64,000 nt of DNA from Octopus sinensis (GCF_006345805.1 NC_043007.1:76260001-76324000), one strand, 5' to 3'. Shown: positions 40,099 to 54,171, numbered from the stretch's first letter. Notes: generated from the sequence alone by a model not told the origin. Program-made: numbers and translations.

Positions 40099-41775
40099 GA
40101 ACTTGAAGGCCTATTGCGCACCGTGAAAGCATTCAGCGATGAGATCGGGATGGAGTTTGGACTTGAGAAGTGTGCCAAGGCCACTTTCCAGAAAGGGAAA
40201 GTGAAGACCACAAATTCAGTCGTCTTAGATGTTGACACAGTCATAAGAGAGCTTGAGCAAGAACAAACATACAAATATTTAGGGATAAATGAAGGCTCTG
40301 GTATTCAGCATGCAAGCATGAAACAGAAAATCAGGAAGGAATGTCATAGGAGAGTTCGTGCAGTCCTGAAATCTGAACTAAATGCACGTAACAAGGTGTT
40401 AGCTATAAATTCCTTAGCAGTTCCAGTTGTTACTTATAGCTACAATGTGTTGAACTGGAATATGAGTGAAGTAAAGAATATAGATAGAAAAATACGCAAG
40501 CTGCTGAGTTGTAATAGGATGCACCACCCAAAGGCAGACGTAGATCGCCTTTACCTTCCCAGAGCCCAAGGAGGTCGAGGCCTGATCCAATTTGAATTAG
40601 CTTACAAAACAACCACAATTGGACTGGCCAAATATCTCGAAATATCGAATGACTGGATGCTAAAGCTCGTGGAAAATCACGAGAGACGAAAGAAGCTTCA
40701 TTCTATCATAAAGGAAAGCAAAAAATTTGCTATTGACCTCGTGCAAGATACCCAAACTGAACAACCCGAGGGAAGTACGGCAACTATTGTTGCAAAAAAG
40801 GTGAAAATGATGGCAATGAAAAAAGCGCACGAGCAATTGGCTGATAGATGGGAGGAGAAACCTCTGCACGGCAAATATGTGACCCGCAGCAAACAAGCTG
40901 ATGTTGACCAGAAGCAAACCCATCATTGTTACGGAGCTCAGGGCTAAAAGCAGAGAGCGAAGGTTTCATCCTGGCTGCTCAAGATGAAAGCCTATTAACC
41001 CGGAACTACCAGGCCAATGTGATGAAAAATGGAGCAGACCCAAAACGCCGATTCTGCAACGACATGATTGAAACAGTGGACCACCTAATCTCTGGATGTA
41101 AAGTCTTAGCACCAGTGGAGTATAAATTAAGACATGACAGAGTTGGCCAATATCTACACTGGCTAATAAGTCGGCATTACATATCAAAACTGCCGACAAG
41201 TGGTATAATCACCACCCTGAGGCTGTAACTGAAGGAGAAAATGTAACCATTCTGTGGGACTTTCCAGTACATACAGACCGAACCATCAAGGCCAATAAAC
41301 CAGATATTGTTGTGAAAGACCAAAACAATAAAGTTTGCTTATTGATCGACATGAGCATCCCCTGTGATCATAATATCTCAGCGAAAGAGTTTGACAAGCT
41401 CAGAAAATATAAAGACCTACTCATTGAAATTGAGAAAATGTGGCATCTCAAGGCGGTTACAATACCAGTGATCGTAGGAGCACTAGGAATGATCAAGAAG
41501 GGAACCGAAAATTATATGAGAATGATCCCTGGCTTACCATCCCTGCAAGAAGTGCAAAAGATTGTCTTAACTGGTACATCACACGTATTGAGAAGAGCAT
41601 TGTCGATGTGAGAACTGTTGCTGCTCATGTATTTTAATTTAACTTTAAAAAAAAATGAACGAACTACTGAGTTTGGTTTAATGGCCTACCAATGTATACT
41701 ATGAGTTTCTTTGCCCTAGGAGTCGGGAAGACACTCGGCAAGAAATGGAAGCAAATTTGAAAGAAGAAAAAAAAA

Positions 41776-41776
<1 letters not shown>
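40099..41776 (+). mobile_element. 5'-truncated R4/Dong LINE, family D3
   Basis: Starts at ELEGLLRTVKAFS (just after YMDD); thumb, zinc knuckle and RLE (KPDIV..LIDMSIP..KYKDL) with two frameshifts; ends in (AAT)n. Confidence 0.95.
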
Positions 41777-41809
<33 letters not shown>

Positions 41810-41826
41810 CAACAACAACAACAACA

Positions 41827-41941
41827 ACATCGAAAAATACCTTAGGAATGAGAACCCAAGTTCGAAATTTCCCTAAGATACTTGATGAAGGCTGGAGGGT
41901 ATATCAGCCGAAATGTTGTGTTAACAACAAACAAGATGAGG
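41827..41941 (+). mobile_element. Hammerhead-bearing tail of the composite element
   Basis: aacatcgaaaaataccttaggaatgagaacccaag...ttgatgaaggctggagggtatatcagccgaaatgttgtgtt; matches 31610-31725. Confidence 0.9.
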
Positions 41942-42195
41942 ATTGGTAGCATAATTAGAAAGACACACCAAATGTAGCGAAAAGTGCTTTATAGTGGAAT
42001 CCAGATGGATATAGAAAGAAAGGTAGGCCTAATAACTCGTGGCGTAGATCAACACAAAAGGAACTAAAGAAATGGGGGACATTCATGGCAGAGTATAAGT
42101 ACAGAAGCGAAAAATTATGCGACATGGAATTCAACTATAAGTGGCCTATGGTCCGCATTGGAGGGTTAAAGGCAGAAAAAAGAAGAAAAAAAGAA
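41940..42195 (+). mobile_element. 3' remainder of the RTE interrupted at 32578
   Basis: IGSIIRK-TPNVAKSAL*WNPDGYRKKGRPNNSWRRSTQKELKK continues the RTE consensus after ..EQI(RRRKWRW). Confidence 0.85.
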
Positions 42196-42514
42196 AAAAA
42201 ATATATTGTTATAGACTGAAATAAAAGGATTCTGTAAATATGGTTTTAGTTGACGATATTTTAAGTTTATATATATTTCGTTGAAATTTATTAGAAAATT
42301 TTGAATGTTTTCCAAATTTAGATTGTGTTGAATTCCTAATCTTTTTAATTGATTCAGTCACATAACTGCGGTCATACTGGAACACTGTTTGAAAAATGTT
42401 TTCAGTAAAATAAATCAACTTTACTGCTTATCTTGTCCAAGATGCTGTGCACTGGACGTGGTCACCATATTATGCGGTTTCTTTACTTACATTTTGAATA
42501 TTTATGAGAAAAAC

Positions 42515-42718
42515 AGCAAGCTGGCAGAATCGTTAACACGACGAGCAAAATGCCTTGTCCATCTTTACGTTCTGGATTCTTATTCCACCGCGGTCGACGT
42601 TGTCCTTCATTCATTCGGAATCGATAAATTAGTACCGGTGAAACACTGGCATCGATGTAATGGACTAGTCCCCTACCCCAAAATTTCAGGCCTTTTGCCT
42701 TTAGTCGAAAGGAAATAG
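42515..42718 (+). mobile_element. SINE family A
   Basis: gcaagctggcagaatcgttaacacg...cccctaccccaaaatttcaggccttttgcc. Confidence 0.8.
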
Positions 42719-43094
42719 GAGGAAATGAACAAATTTTGATAAAACATTTCTGACAAGTATGCTGAAAATACGTTTTCAACTGGCGGGAATTTCCGAGTAA
42801 TGCAACAGCTGAGACATATTCGTTGTCAACATTAATTACCATCACATTCAAGATCAGTGCAATAAATTATGATGGAAACTACATCATGCTTCTTGCATGC
42901 TGTTGCCAGAGCTAATAAAGAAAATAAATTATTATAAAGATCTCACTGTGCTTCCTCAGGCGATAAATAAATATTTTCTCCGTATGTTTAAAATCTTTGG
43001 CTTCAAGAACATTCTGTCTGTCGTGGCCCGAATTTAGTGAATGTATATGTGTGTGTGAATGTATATGTGTGTGAGAGAGAGAGAGAGACATGTG

Positions 43095-43136
<42 letters not shown>

Positions 43137-43619
43137 TGTCTGTCTGTCTGTCTGAGCATTGTATCTTAAGGTCTAGCTAAGGACAATCGTTTGTGTAACC
43201 AGCCATGAAGGAAAAATCAGCAGTACAAAGAAATAAAATAACAATCACTTTTAAACGGCAACCACTTTAACAAAAAAGAGAATCGCCATCCCACTACATC
43301 TACACGTTCAAATCAGTTTGCCAATACCTCTTCAGCAACAACACACCTTGATAAGCTCAGAGACTACTACTAAATCCAGGTCACGACAGACATAAGAATG
43401 TTCTTGAAGCTGAGGATTTTAAACTTACGGAGACAATATTTACATATCGTCTGAGGAAGCACAACTAGATCTCATAATGCAGGAAAACAGTTGCATAAAC
43501 AAGTACCTGAACATCTAGAGAACAACGTTACATGGAAACAATTCTAGTGATTAAAAAATAAGTGTCCAAACGTAACCTCCTCTAGCTGACTCCAATTTTT
43601 TCAACTATATATACATATA

Positions 43620-44640
43620 TATTTATTTGTTTCGTCTTTGGCCCTCGCCCGTCCACTAATAGTCTCCTCTTGAATCACATTTATTCATGTTCGTATATCA
43701 GCATCTGTATTGCCTTTTTATTCATTTTTCTTTCTTGCGCTCTATTTCTCCTCTTCACGTCCTGTATATTTCCCGGCAGCTTCTTCTTGTTGCTGGCACC
43801 ATCAGAAGGGAAACAATATTATCATAAAGCACAGTATTGCTAATAAGGAGTTGGTGACCTTTTGTGTCTGTTTTCCGTTCGTGCATTTATTATCTTTTTT
43901 AACTTATTAATTAATGGAAGGCAATGTATCCTTGATTTTATTTATAGTGTGTTTTTGTATATTCCTACGACATCTATTCTTATCCCTCCTTTTCTTTTCT
44001 CCCTCTACCTATTCCTCTCTCTTTCTTTCTCTCTCTCCCTTTCTCTTTTTCACACCCTCTTTCTACCCTCTGTGCCTCTCTCTGCCTTCTACTACTTTTT
44101 TCCCTCCTACTGATACGTGATCCATGGTCATCCTTTTCCTTTTTCTCTTTTTCCTTTCTTTTTCACGCCGATCGCTGAAGCAACTGCTCATATTTTCTCT
44201 AGTCTTCCATTTCAACCTGCCTCACTTTTTGTTGTCCTTCTGTCTCTAATCCTTTAGCATTTTCCTCTGAGCCTTATCCATACTTTCGTCTCTGTCTGGC
44301 CCTAAGGCCGTATTCTGTTTATTTCGTCTTTGTCCCCTACCAGCCCACTAATGATCTCTTCTTGAATCACATTTATTCATGCTCATGTGTCCACTTCTGT
44401 ATTGCATCTTTATTTGTTTTCACGTCCATGTACTGTATGTTTGGTCCCATTTCGCGGTAATTTCTGTTTCTGGCGCAACAGAAGAAATCAATATTATCGT
44501 AAGGCTTGAAACTACGTTTGATCCTCTGGACGATAACAATTGAGAAGTTGGTTACCTTCTTTGCCTGTTTTCCATTTGTTTGTGCATTTATTACATGCTT
44601 TTTGACTTATTAATTAATGGAACGCTACGTACCCCTGATT
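43620..44640. repeat. ~330-bp diverged direct repeat pair (43620-43945, 44310-44640)
   Basis: Shared tttcgtctttg..cccactaat..ctcYtcttgaatcacatttattcatg and ttattaattaatggaa blocks. Confidence 0.8.
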
Positions 44641-44654
44641 ATATATATATATAT

Positions 44655-46270
44655 AAACAAAATAGAGTGAAAAAAACTACAGAAGACTTGTGTTATATGG
44701 TTAAAGAATATATTTAAATCGTTATGTTAGAAAAATTTTGTGTATAGTAACATTGTTTTTGGAGAAATAACCGGTTTCGTATTTCCTTTTCAAATGTCTC
44801 AAATTTCTTTACCGATATTGTGTCATCTCTTTGCTATGATGTGAAGTATGAGAGTTCCAGACAGGGGAAGATGATCAGAAATTTTCTTCGGTATAAGGGA
44901 GATAATCAAAAATGCTGGGAATGACCAGGTTTTATTAATTTAACCTGATTTGGTTTAGAAAGAATAGAATGTTAGAAGTCATCAAGTTTTGCTTTATATT
45001 TTTTCAATGAGGTAAGTTTCCTTATTTAAAAATGATAGAAATAGTTACGTTTTGGCTTATATTTTTCAATGAAGTAGGTTTCCTTATTTAATCGAACTTG
45101 TGTTGGTGTTCCAATGGCACATTGATAAAATGGAACAATTACAAATTGTGGTAGCAGTTGCTTTGCGTATCTCTCAATGTATTCAGTAAAGGATATCATT
45201 CAGTATTCTGGGAATGCAATCTGCTGTCGGTGCAGAGTGCATCTGCGTCTGAGTGATAATCCCGTGGACCCTATGTAGTTTTGGTAGTAGCCCGAGCATC
45301 TTATAACATAAATCAGGTTTTCTGAGGCACAAGTAAAGTCAGATTGGATTTTGAATTGTTGTCCCTCTTTGGAAAGGAATTCTGATCCTTCTAGAAGGTT
45401 TGGGCATGTTGCGCAATTTGGTCGATCACATTTTTTCACTTTTGCGTCCGTTATTTTAGAAAATAATTTTTCCTTTGTGAGAATCTCTTTTAGTGATCTC
45501 GGTTGTTTGTGGCTTTTAATGATCTTATGTGCGTGTAAAATTTCCTTTAATTTGGGGTTCTTATGTAGCATTGGTAAATTTTGGGTGATGATGGTGAAGG
45601 CTTCTTTGTTTCTATCAATCAGGGTGTTTTTGAGTTCTTGCAGTCTAAAGTCTCAGATATTTTTTTTCTGGCAAGGTTGAAGGGGGCGTTTGTTTTGGTG
45701 TGTCTTGGGTGGAATGAATTATATAGTAGATATTGTTTGGCGTCTGTGGTTTTTTGTAAAATATGTCTGTTTCTATTTTTATGTTTATTTTTTAATTAGT
45801 ATATCCAAGAATGGGAGCTCCTTTTGGTTGTATTTCATTGTGAACTGTAAGTTTGGGTTGACGCTGTTTAATAGTCTTTTGAATTACAGGAATTTGTCAG
45901 TGTTTTCATTCCAGAGGATGAAACAGTCGTCTAGGAATCTTTTCCAATTTTTTTTTTATGCATTGGGAAAGAGGGTTTCCAAAGGTCGAAAAAGATTCCT
46001 GGTATATTATTATTTCCAGATAGCCCATTGTTAGGTTCGCAATGACTGGGGCTGCCCTAGTGCACATGGCAATTCCGGATTTCGTCGGTAAAACGTGTTG
46101 TCAAACATGAAGTGGTTGTTTCGTAGGATGAATTCAACCGATTCACTTATGAATTCTTTGCTAATCCTTCCGGTATTCCTTCCAGATATTGGTCCAGACT
46201 GAATTGCCTCTAGCCCATAATTATGAGGTATACTGGTTTATAAGTTAACCACATCAAATGAAACCATGAT
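44655..46270 (-). mobile_element. 5'-truncated Penelope-like element (Neptune-type): RT C-half, Cys linker, GIY-YIG endonuclease
   Basis: SFDVVNL.TSIPH, GIAMCTRAAP..ANLTMGY, KRFLDDCF, KCDRPNCATC, NLIYVIRC...YIGST. Confidence 0.92.
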
Positions 46271-46649
46271 TGTTTCTTCCACGTACTCATATATATACTC
46301 ATATATACATACATTTACGTGAACATACATATATGAACACACACGTGCACACTCATATATGTATATATACATACATGTATACACATGCGCTCACGCACGA
46401 ACACACAAAATATATATACACACGCTTACATAAATACACGTCCACACACATACATACTTAAAATTTATCTCCACATGTCCATAATTATTTACGTAAGTGT
46501 GTGTATGCATGCCTTCTCGTAAGTACAAGACAAAGGAAAGTACATAAAGTCATCTACATATATGATTAAACAGCATATGAAATAGTTTATAGGAATATGT
46601 CGAATTACGTGTATAGTTACTCACACACATATCGATTTACATACATACA

Positions 46650-47055
46650 TGTACACATATGCACGAATACATACATGCGCAAAAATACGTGTGTGCATAC
46701 GTAATTGTGTGTATCTATATACATATACATACATTCATATAAGTACAAGAAAAATAAATACATATCTTTTACGCACATATGATCTAAGTATTACGTAAAA
46801 TAGGTTATTTTTACCCACATATGATCTAAGTATCATGTAATATAAGTTATAATTTTATAATTATATGTCAATTGGTTTAGTTAATTATGAAAGCTATTAA
46901 AAGTACCGACATTTAATATTATAAGCTATATTCAATTTTGTTTAGTTGTGTGTAAAAGTGAGAAAAGTAATATGTAAGTGGAAAACAATTTTGAAGTGTA
47001 CAGAAAATACGTAATTAAATGGGCACATATCAATTTCAATTATATATATACATAT

Positions 47056-47088
<33 letters not shown>

Positions 47089-47095
47089 TATATAT

Positions 47096-47127
<32 letters not shown>

Positions 47128-47142
47128 ATATATATATGTATG

Positions 47143-47178
<36 letters not shown>

Positions 47179-47490
47179 CATACATACACAGTAATCCCTC
47201 GACTATCGCGGGTGTTACGTTTCAAAAAAACCCGCAAAAGGTGAAAATTCGCGAAGTAGAGCCACTACTATTTTTATAATTTGCATATATTTGTTTTATT
47301 ATTTTTATATATTTAAGCTTTGATAAATTCTCCTCTCACCCTTAGGAGTAACCCGTGTCTTCTCTTTTTTTCGGGTGAGGAACATAGTGACGGGAGTTGC
47401 TGACGCTACCTTTTTTTTTGTCTGTGTAAGGAAGAAAGCCTTAGAAGGTGCAAGACGCTTGGGTGACATCGTAGGGCTTGAAATAAATTC
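46650..47490. repeat. Inverted segmental duplication, arm 1 (arm 2 = 50840-51623 plus 52872-52950)
   Basis: Long reverse-complement match including unique AT-rich flank, microsatellite and a Tigger-like end. Confidence 0.9.
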
Positions 47491-47790
47491 ACAATTTTAC
47501 CCGTAAGTGCAAGACAACACCACACACTCACTTCCTGAGTTTCATTTTCCATAGAGTATGTGTGATTCTTTGTTTACTCATCTACAATACACGAAATATT
47601 TTCTTTTAATTTTTAAAAAAATCACTGGGTTATACAGTGCAGTACTGTACTGTATTTTTATTTATTAATTATTAGACGTGAAAATGCTTATTTTGCCACA
47701 GAAATAATTAAAATCTAAAAAAAATAAATACCTATCGACCGCAGAAATCCGCAATATACTTTGAAGTCCACGACATAAATTTGCATAGTA
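47187..47790 (+). mobile_element. Tigger/pogo-like non-autonomous element (partial; inverted copy ~50840-51118)
   Basis: cagtaatccctcgactatcgcgggtgttacgtt..cccgc..ggtgaaaattcgcgaagtag terminal pattern; second end decayed. Confidence 0.6.
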
Positions 47791-47791
47791 A

Positions 47792-48173
47792 GGAGGCGGC
47801 GAGCTGGCAGAAACGTTAGCACGCCGGGCGAAATGCGTAGCCGTATTTCGTCTGCCGTTACGTTCTGAGTTCAAATTCCGCCGAGGTCGACTTTGCCTTT
47901 CATCATTTCGGGGTCGATAAATTAAGTACCACTTAGGCATTGGGGTCGATGTAATCGACTTAATCCGTTTGTCTATCCTTGTTTGTCCTCTCTATGTTTA
48001 GCCCCCTGTGGGTAGTAAAGAAATAGGTATTTCGTCTGTCTTTACGTTCTGTGTTCAAATTCCGTCGAGGTCGACTTTGCCTTTCATCCTTTCGGGGTCG
48101 ATAAATTAAGTACCAGTTGCGTACTGAGGTTGATCTAATCGAATGGCCCCTTGTGTCTAGAGTAGAAAAGGAT
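47792..48173 (+). mobile_element. Dimeric SINE family A with 17-bp TSD
   Basis: Full monomer plus 5'-truncated monomer; TSD ataaatYtgcatagtaa at 47775-47791 and 48174-48190. Confidence 0.9.
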
Positions 48174-48712
48174 ATAAATCTGCATAGTAATTTTATATTG
48201 TAAACTCACATACTAATTAGAAAATAATGACACATAATTAAATTCAAACATTTACTCAAACACAGCTGTTAACAATATCTGTAAATAGAGCTAAAATATT
48301 CAGTTTAAACATCTACAGTGTTTATATATTTATAGAGCAACATTTTGTAGTAATAAGTTTGATGAAAATATGATTATGTAAAATCATGTAAATTACCAAA
48401 AAATATCAATTTGATTATTGCCACAGTTTATGGCAAAAGAGAAACAAATTAAATAAGCATGCATTGGTAATACCTGTTAAAAAGTAATGTGAGTGAAGAT
48501 GTCAGTGGAAAGAATTTTCTTATAATAATTATACGTTTTCTTAGCTCTAATATACTACGTTTGTTTTACATTAATATGAAATAGTTACTGATAGCATCTT
48601 AATGGGAATGAGAATTTCAAAGTAATATCACAAAAGTTCATTTCTGTAGTTAATGTAAATAAAAAAAATATGATATACGAAATTAAAGGAATGAAATTAA
48701 GAAACGTCTTGC

Positions 48713-48820
48713 TTTCCCAACCTGATGCTGTTCTTATGGTTTAGCAGCAGGCACCAATAACCTCTTAATCATCTGTTGAGAGAAAATGGCCTTTCATTTT
48801 CAAGTGGATCATATCTGGGA
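48713..48820 (-). pseudogene. Third, decayed paralog of the 6679-6790 exon
   Basis: Acceptor cttacatacag kept; ATG kept; -1 indel, TGA, and GC at the donor. Confidence 0.45.
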
Positions 48821-49859
48821 CTGTATGTAAGTGGAATAACGCGTTCACAAACAGTTGACTAACACTGGTAGCAGACTGTTGCTTATATCTCGTTGGGTAA
48901 AAGTCGAAAATACGCAGAGGTTTAAAAGCGAGTTTGTTCACTTCAGTAATGATACATTACTCGAGAAAAACTCTCAGAAACTAACTACATTAAGTAGAAC
49001 AATATACATACAGGAGAATAATATATCAAACCGACAAATGCAGATACTCAAATATATACAAATATGCTACAGATATGGGCATGCATGTGAATAAATGCAA
49101 GTGATAATCTGGATAAGCTAGGGTTTTCAGAAAATGAAATCAACCAGCTAAATAGCTTATCACAAATTCAAATTGTGAGTGAAATAGTACAAATATGCAA
49201 CACTGTTCGCAAGTTTTAAATGTAGATTTGTATTTGCTATCTACATGCAAATATACATTATACAAAGTCATCGGTAGAAAAAAAAATCGTGAGGAAGACA
49301 AATACATGAATCTACAGAGATGTGGATGACATAACCACATATTCGATAAAATACTGGTGAAATGTCTGTCAATGTAAAGACTTCCATAAAATCCATCACA
49401 GTGGATGACATCTGAGACAGAAGAGGGGAAGAGGGGGAGATAGAGGGGGATAAAATTGTGCATTGTAGTTGAAATCGTTTGCCCAATAGATATCTGCATG
49501 AAATTAAATGTTAGAGAGAAAGAGAAAATGATGAAGACTCCATCCGAGCTATTAATTTAGATTTCTACTTATATATTGGAGATCTTAGCTACGTGTTAAA
49601 CTGCCTCAGTAGAAATATTGAAAAGCTGGGAGCCACAAAACCAGAAATGACACGTCTACTCAGAAGATTTCAGTTACAAATCGTCGAAGCTGATGTGAAA
49701 CTATATAAAACATTCACGAAGGTCCGCCAGAAATTTGCTCCATATTTGATTCGTACAGGTACAAAACTGTTCTTAGAAGTTTGACACATTCTTCAAATAA
49801 AACCTGCTTTAGCTCTTCTAGGATGATACCAGAGGCAAGTGTCTTCTCACCTGCTGCAA

Positions 49860-50230
49860 CATATACGTTCGATTATATTGAGATCTGATGAGTGCATACA
49901 AGGACTCTAACAGAGTAACGAAGACATACATCGGAATAACGGGCAACTCAGCCAAGGAGAAATACACGCAACTTCTGATGTCTTTCAGGGACAAAAATAA
50001 AAGACATGCGACATCTCTTTCCAATACAATATAAACATTGTAAAAAAAGGAGGAGTAAGCAACTCCCAGATAACAAGGCGCATTATTGCTAAAACCTGAA
50101 AATACAGGGGACAGAGTGCCAAATGTGAGCTTTGTATTACTGGAAAGCTTAATATCATTCAACCAAAAGATAACATCTTAAACATTTAGGAATGAAACCT
50201 CCCTATGAATGCACAATCATTATTTTACAC
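49860..50230 (+). mobile_element. Penelope-like GIY-YIG endonuclease fragment
   Basis: KTYIGITGNSAKEKYTQLLMSFRDKNKRHATSLSN...RRIIAK...CELCITGKLNII. Confidence 0.8.
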
Positions 50231-50696
50231 TCCGACATTTCAAACACGAAGCACCACGCACTCTTCCGATCCTGCCACGATAGGTCTTTTTTCTCTGAAT
50301 GTGAACATTAAGTATATACATCATACGAACTACACAAATAGAAGACACATAACCCCATGACGAACTCCCTCAACATATAAACATATGATCATTACACATA
50401 TCCAGGAATATAATATAATATAAACAAACTGATCATTCAGCACAATGGGAGATAATCGCTCAACAGTTATGACCCAAGAGTCGCGCCCCTTGATTACTTG
50501 TTTAGCTTGTCAAACTTTATTGGAAACTTCTATAATTTCTCGTGTTTTAATCCCAAACGGAGGGGAACACCATTCTTCATTGTTATCGGCTTCAAAAATT
50601 AACATATGAAGATATGTTCTTAGCATGAAACAAATGGTGGCCGTAAGACAAAACTAAAAAGAAGTTTATCGAACAATGCGGTGTTGGACATTCATT

Positions 50697-50750
<54 letters not shown>

Positions 50751-51125
50751 CGTGCGTGCGTGTGTGTGTGTGCGTGTGTGTGTGTGTGTGCGTGTGTGCG
50801 TGTTTTGCACTTGTGTGTAAAATTGTGAATTTATTTAAAACCCAAGCGTTTTGCACCGTTTAAGGCTTTCTTCCTTACACAGACAAAAAAAAGGTAGCGT
50901 CAGCAACTCCCCGTCACTGTGTTCCTCACCCGAGAAGACACGTTTACTCCTAAGAGTGAGGGGAGTGTTTATCAAAGCTTAAGCTTAAATAATAAAACAA
51001 ATATATGCAAATTATAGAAATTATAATAAAATATACAGTATTAGTTCTACTTCGCGAATTTTCACCTATTGCGGGGTTTTTTGAAACGAAACACCCGCGA
51101 TAGTCGAAGGATTACTGTGTATATA

Positions 51126-51161
<36 letters not shown>

Positions 51162-51332
51162 TGTATGTATGTATGTATGTATGTGTGTGTGTATGTATGT
51201 ATGTATGTATGTATGTATGTATGTATATATGTATGTATGTATGAATGTATGTATGCATATGTATATATACATCTACACACAAACACATAATATGAGTGTG
51301 TGTATGAATGTATGAGCATGTATGTACATATG

Positions 51333-51370
<38 letters not shown>

Positions 51371-51623
51371 ATTGCTATGTGCCCATTTATTTACGTATCT
51401 TCTGTACACTTCAAAATTGTTTTCCACTTACATATTTCTTTTCTCCCTTTTACACACAACTAAACAAAATTGAATATAGCTTATAATATTAAATGTCGGT
51501 ACTTTTAATAGCTTTCATAATTAACTAAATCAATTGATGTATAAGTATAACCTATTTTACATGATACTTAGATCAATACTTAGACCATATGCGCGTAAAC
51601 AATATTCATTTTTCTTGTACTTA

Positions 51624-52871
51624 CGAGGGACGTTTAATAAGTAATGCATGTGCAATCATTTATATCTCTATAGAGTAAGTGGCAAATTACAGCTCTGAAT
51701 TAATTGTGGTTTCTGATTTACAGGTATTTGAACCGAGTCAAATGTGAAATGGAGCCTGTTGAGTGTCGAGCAGTGATCCGGTTTTCGTATTTGAAAGGAC
51801 GCACACCACGGGAGACTTTTGATGAAATGAAAGTAACTTATGGTCATGATGCCCCATCATATGACCTTGTAAAACGCTGGCATCGTGAATTCAAACATGG
51901 TCGGAACTCTGTGGAAACAGCTCCCAGATCTGGTCGCCCCTTCTGCCATTGATGAGGCATCTGTCCGTCAAGTTGAGGCTGCCATTTTGGAAGATCGACG
52001 CATAATTATTCGCCAAATAGCCCATGAGGTCAAGATTAGTACCGGGTCTGTGGAAACTATCATTCATGACCATTTGCATATGCAAAAGGTGTCTGCCAGA
52101 TGGATTCCCAGGTTGCTCACGCCTTTCCAGAAGCAAGAACGCGTCGAGTGCTCGAGGGTGAATTTGGAGATGTGCCAAGAAGATGAGTCAAAAGTTTTCA
52201 AAAGACTGATTACACAGGATGAAACCTGGGTCCATCACGATGATCCAGACACCAAAGCCCAGTCAATGCAGTGGAAGCACCGTGACTCACCTCCTCCAAA
52301 GAAGGCAAGTGTGCAGCCCTCCGCTGGCAAGGTCATGCTCACAGTCTTCTGGGACCAGGACGGAGTAGTGATGACAGATTTCCTGGCGAAGGGTACCACA
52401 ATTGCAGGAGCCTATTATGCTTCACTTTTGAGGAAATTAAGAGAAGTTATCAAAATCAAGAGGCGGGGCAAGATCAGCAAAGACATCCTCCTCCTGCAGG
52501 ACAACGCTCCGGTCCACAACTCGCTTGTCGCCAGATCAGAAGCACAGGCGTATGGCTATGAACTCCTCCCCCATCCCCCTACTTTTCTGACCATGCACCC
52601 TCTGATTTTCACCTCTTCCCAGTCATGAAGTTGTTTTTGAAAGGAAAGCGTTTCCCAGATGATGCAGCCTTGATTTCTGAAATCACGTTCAGGTTGGAGG
52701 ACCAAGCTGGGGTCTTCTACAAAAACGGTCTCCAGAGCTGCATCAAACAATGGGAGAAATGCGTAACTCTGGGTGGTTCCTATGTAGAAAAAGACTAATA
52801 ACTGTGCCAAGTTTCGTTGCTCTACTGCTATGGGAAGTGGGTCAGGGGCATTACTTATTGAACGCCCCTCG
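51624..52871 (+). mobile_element. Near-complete mariner, same family as 17553-18829
   Basis: TIRs cgagggacgtttaataagtaatgc / gcattacttattgaacgcccctcg; TA TSD; WIPRLL, DETW, QDNA. Confidence 0.97.
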
Positions 52872-53329
52872 TATATGAATGTATGTATATGTATATAGAC
52901 ACACACAATTACGTATGCGCACACGTGTTTTTGCGCATCTATGTATTCGTGCTATCTTGTGACGCACATGGTAATCTTGGAGGGAAAATATGAAATCACT
53001 CGTCTATATAAATTTGGATGTGCTGACTACCTTGTATTATGTTTCGATGGCGCTTGGTCGAGGATGCAAAGGGTATGTTTTTGTAGCATTTTCAAATTTA
53101 TAATTCTCGAATTATTATGCCGATGTAGGAAATGAATTTGCATAATTCTAATCCAGAAACGTGTCCATAATTAATCATAGACTGTTTGATTTCGTTAGTT
53201 TTTTTTCTTCTTGCCTATGTGAGTAACAAATATTGTTGTCTGTGGAGTCATATTTGTAGTTAAAAGAATTAGCTGTATCTTGACTACTATTTCTAAATTT
53301 TCGGTATGTGGTGAAGCAACTTGTTGCTA

Positions 53330-53470
53330 AACTCTTAATTATATTTATAATTATATAAAAAAAATTTTTTGTCCAAGTTTTTACCGATAATGGGGTTTTT
53401 TCCATACCGAAACTACTTGGTAAAATTTATTAATAATTAAATTAATAATTTTTTACCTTGTATCTGTAAT
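53330..53470 (+). mobile_element. PLE-type 3' end with decayed hammerhead
   Basis: ttttac-cgataa-tgg..cca..GAAAC..ggtaaaa: stem I intact, core mutated. Confidence 0.45.
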
Positions 53471-53473
53471 GAG

Positions 53474-53757
<284 letters not shown>

Positions 53758-53759
53758 CT

Positions 53760-54110
53760 TAATGGTAGATATCTGGGTATATGCTACAATAATTTCAAAA
53801 ATGTTTTTCTATTTCCTAAAGTTTATGATTCAAAAACAGTTGCAGGCAGCACAAAAGAGAAGAACTTTATTGGGGAGTTCAAACCAGGCACGAATGAGTG
53901 ATAATAATTACTTGATTTTTATTTTATTGAAACATATTCCAATCAAAAACAGTTTTGTTATGATGAAGGTTAGGTTCCGAAATACCTAAAAGGAGTTATT
54001 TGCCCATGTGCTTTTGAAGGAACTGTGTTAATATTATAAGTTTATGCTTATATTTACATTACATTCTGATTCTGATTCAGTACCATTTTCGAATATGTTC
54101 AAATATATAT
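53760..54110 (+). mobile_element. PLE GIY-YIG C-terminus and 3'UTR
   Basis: STKEKNFIGEFKPGTN (cf. KE..FI..FKP.LN); decayed hammerhead atgatga-agg..cc-gaaa at ~53960-53990. Confidence 0.55.
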
Positions 54111-54171
54111 GTGTGTTACAGTTCTATATTTAAGAGATGAGAATTATGTACAGTATTTATATTATTTACAC

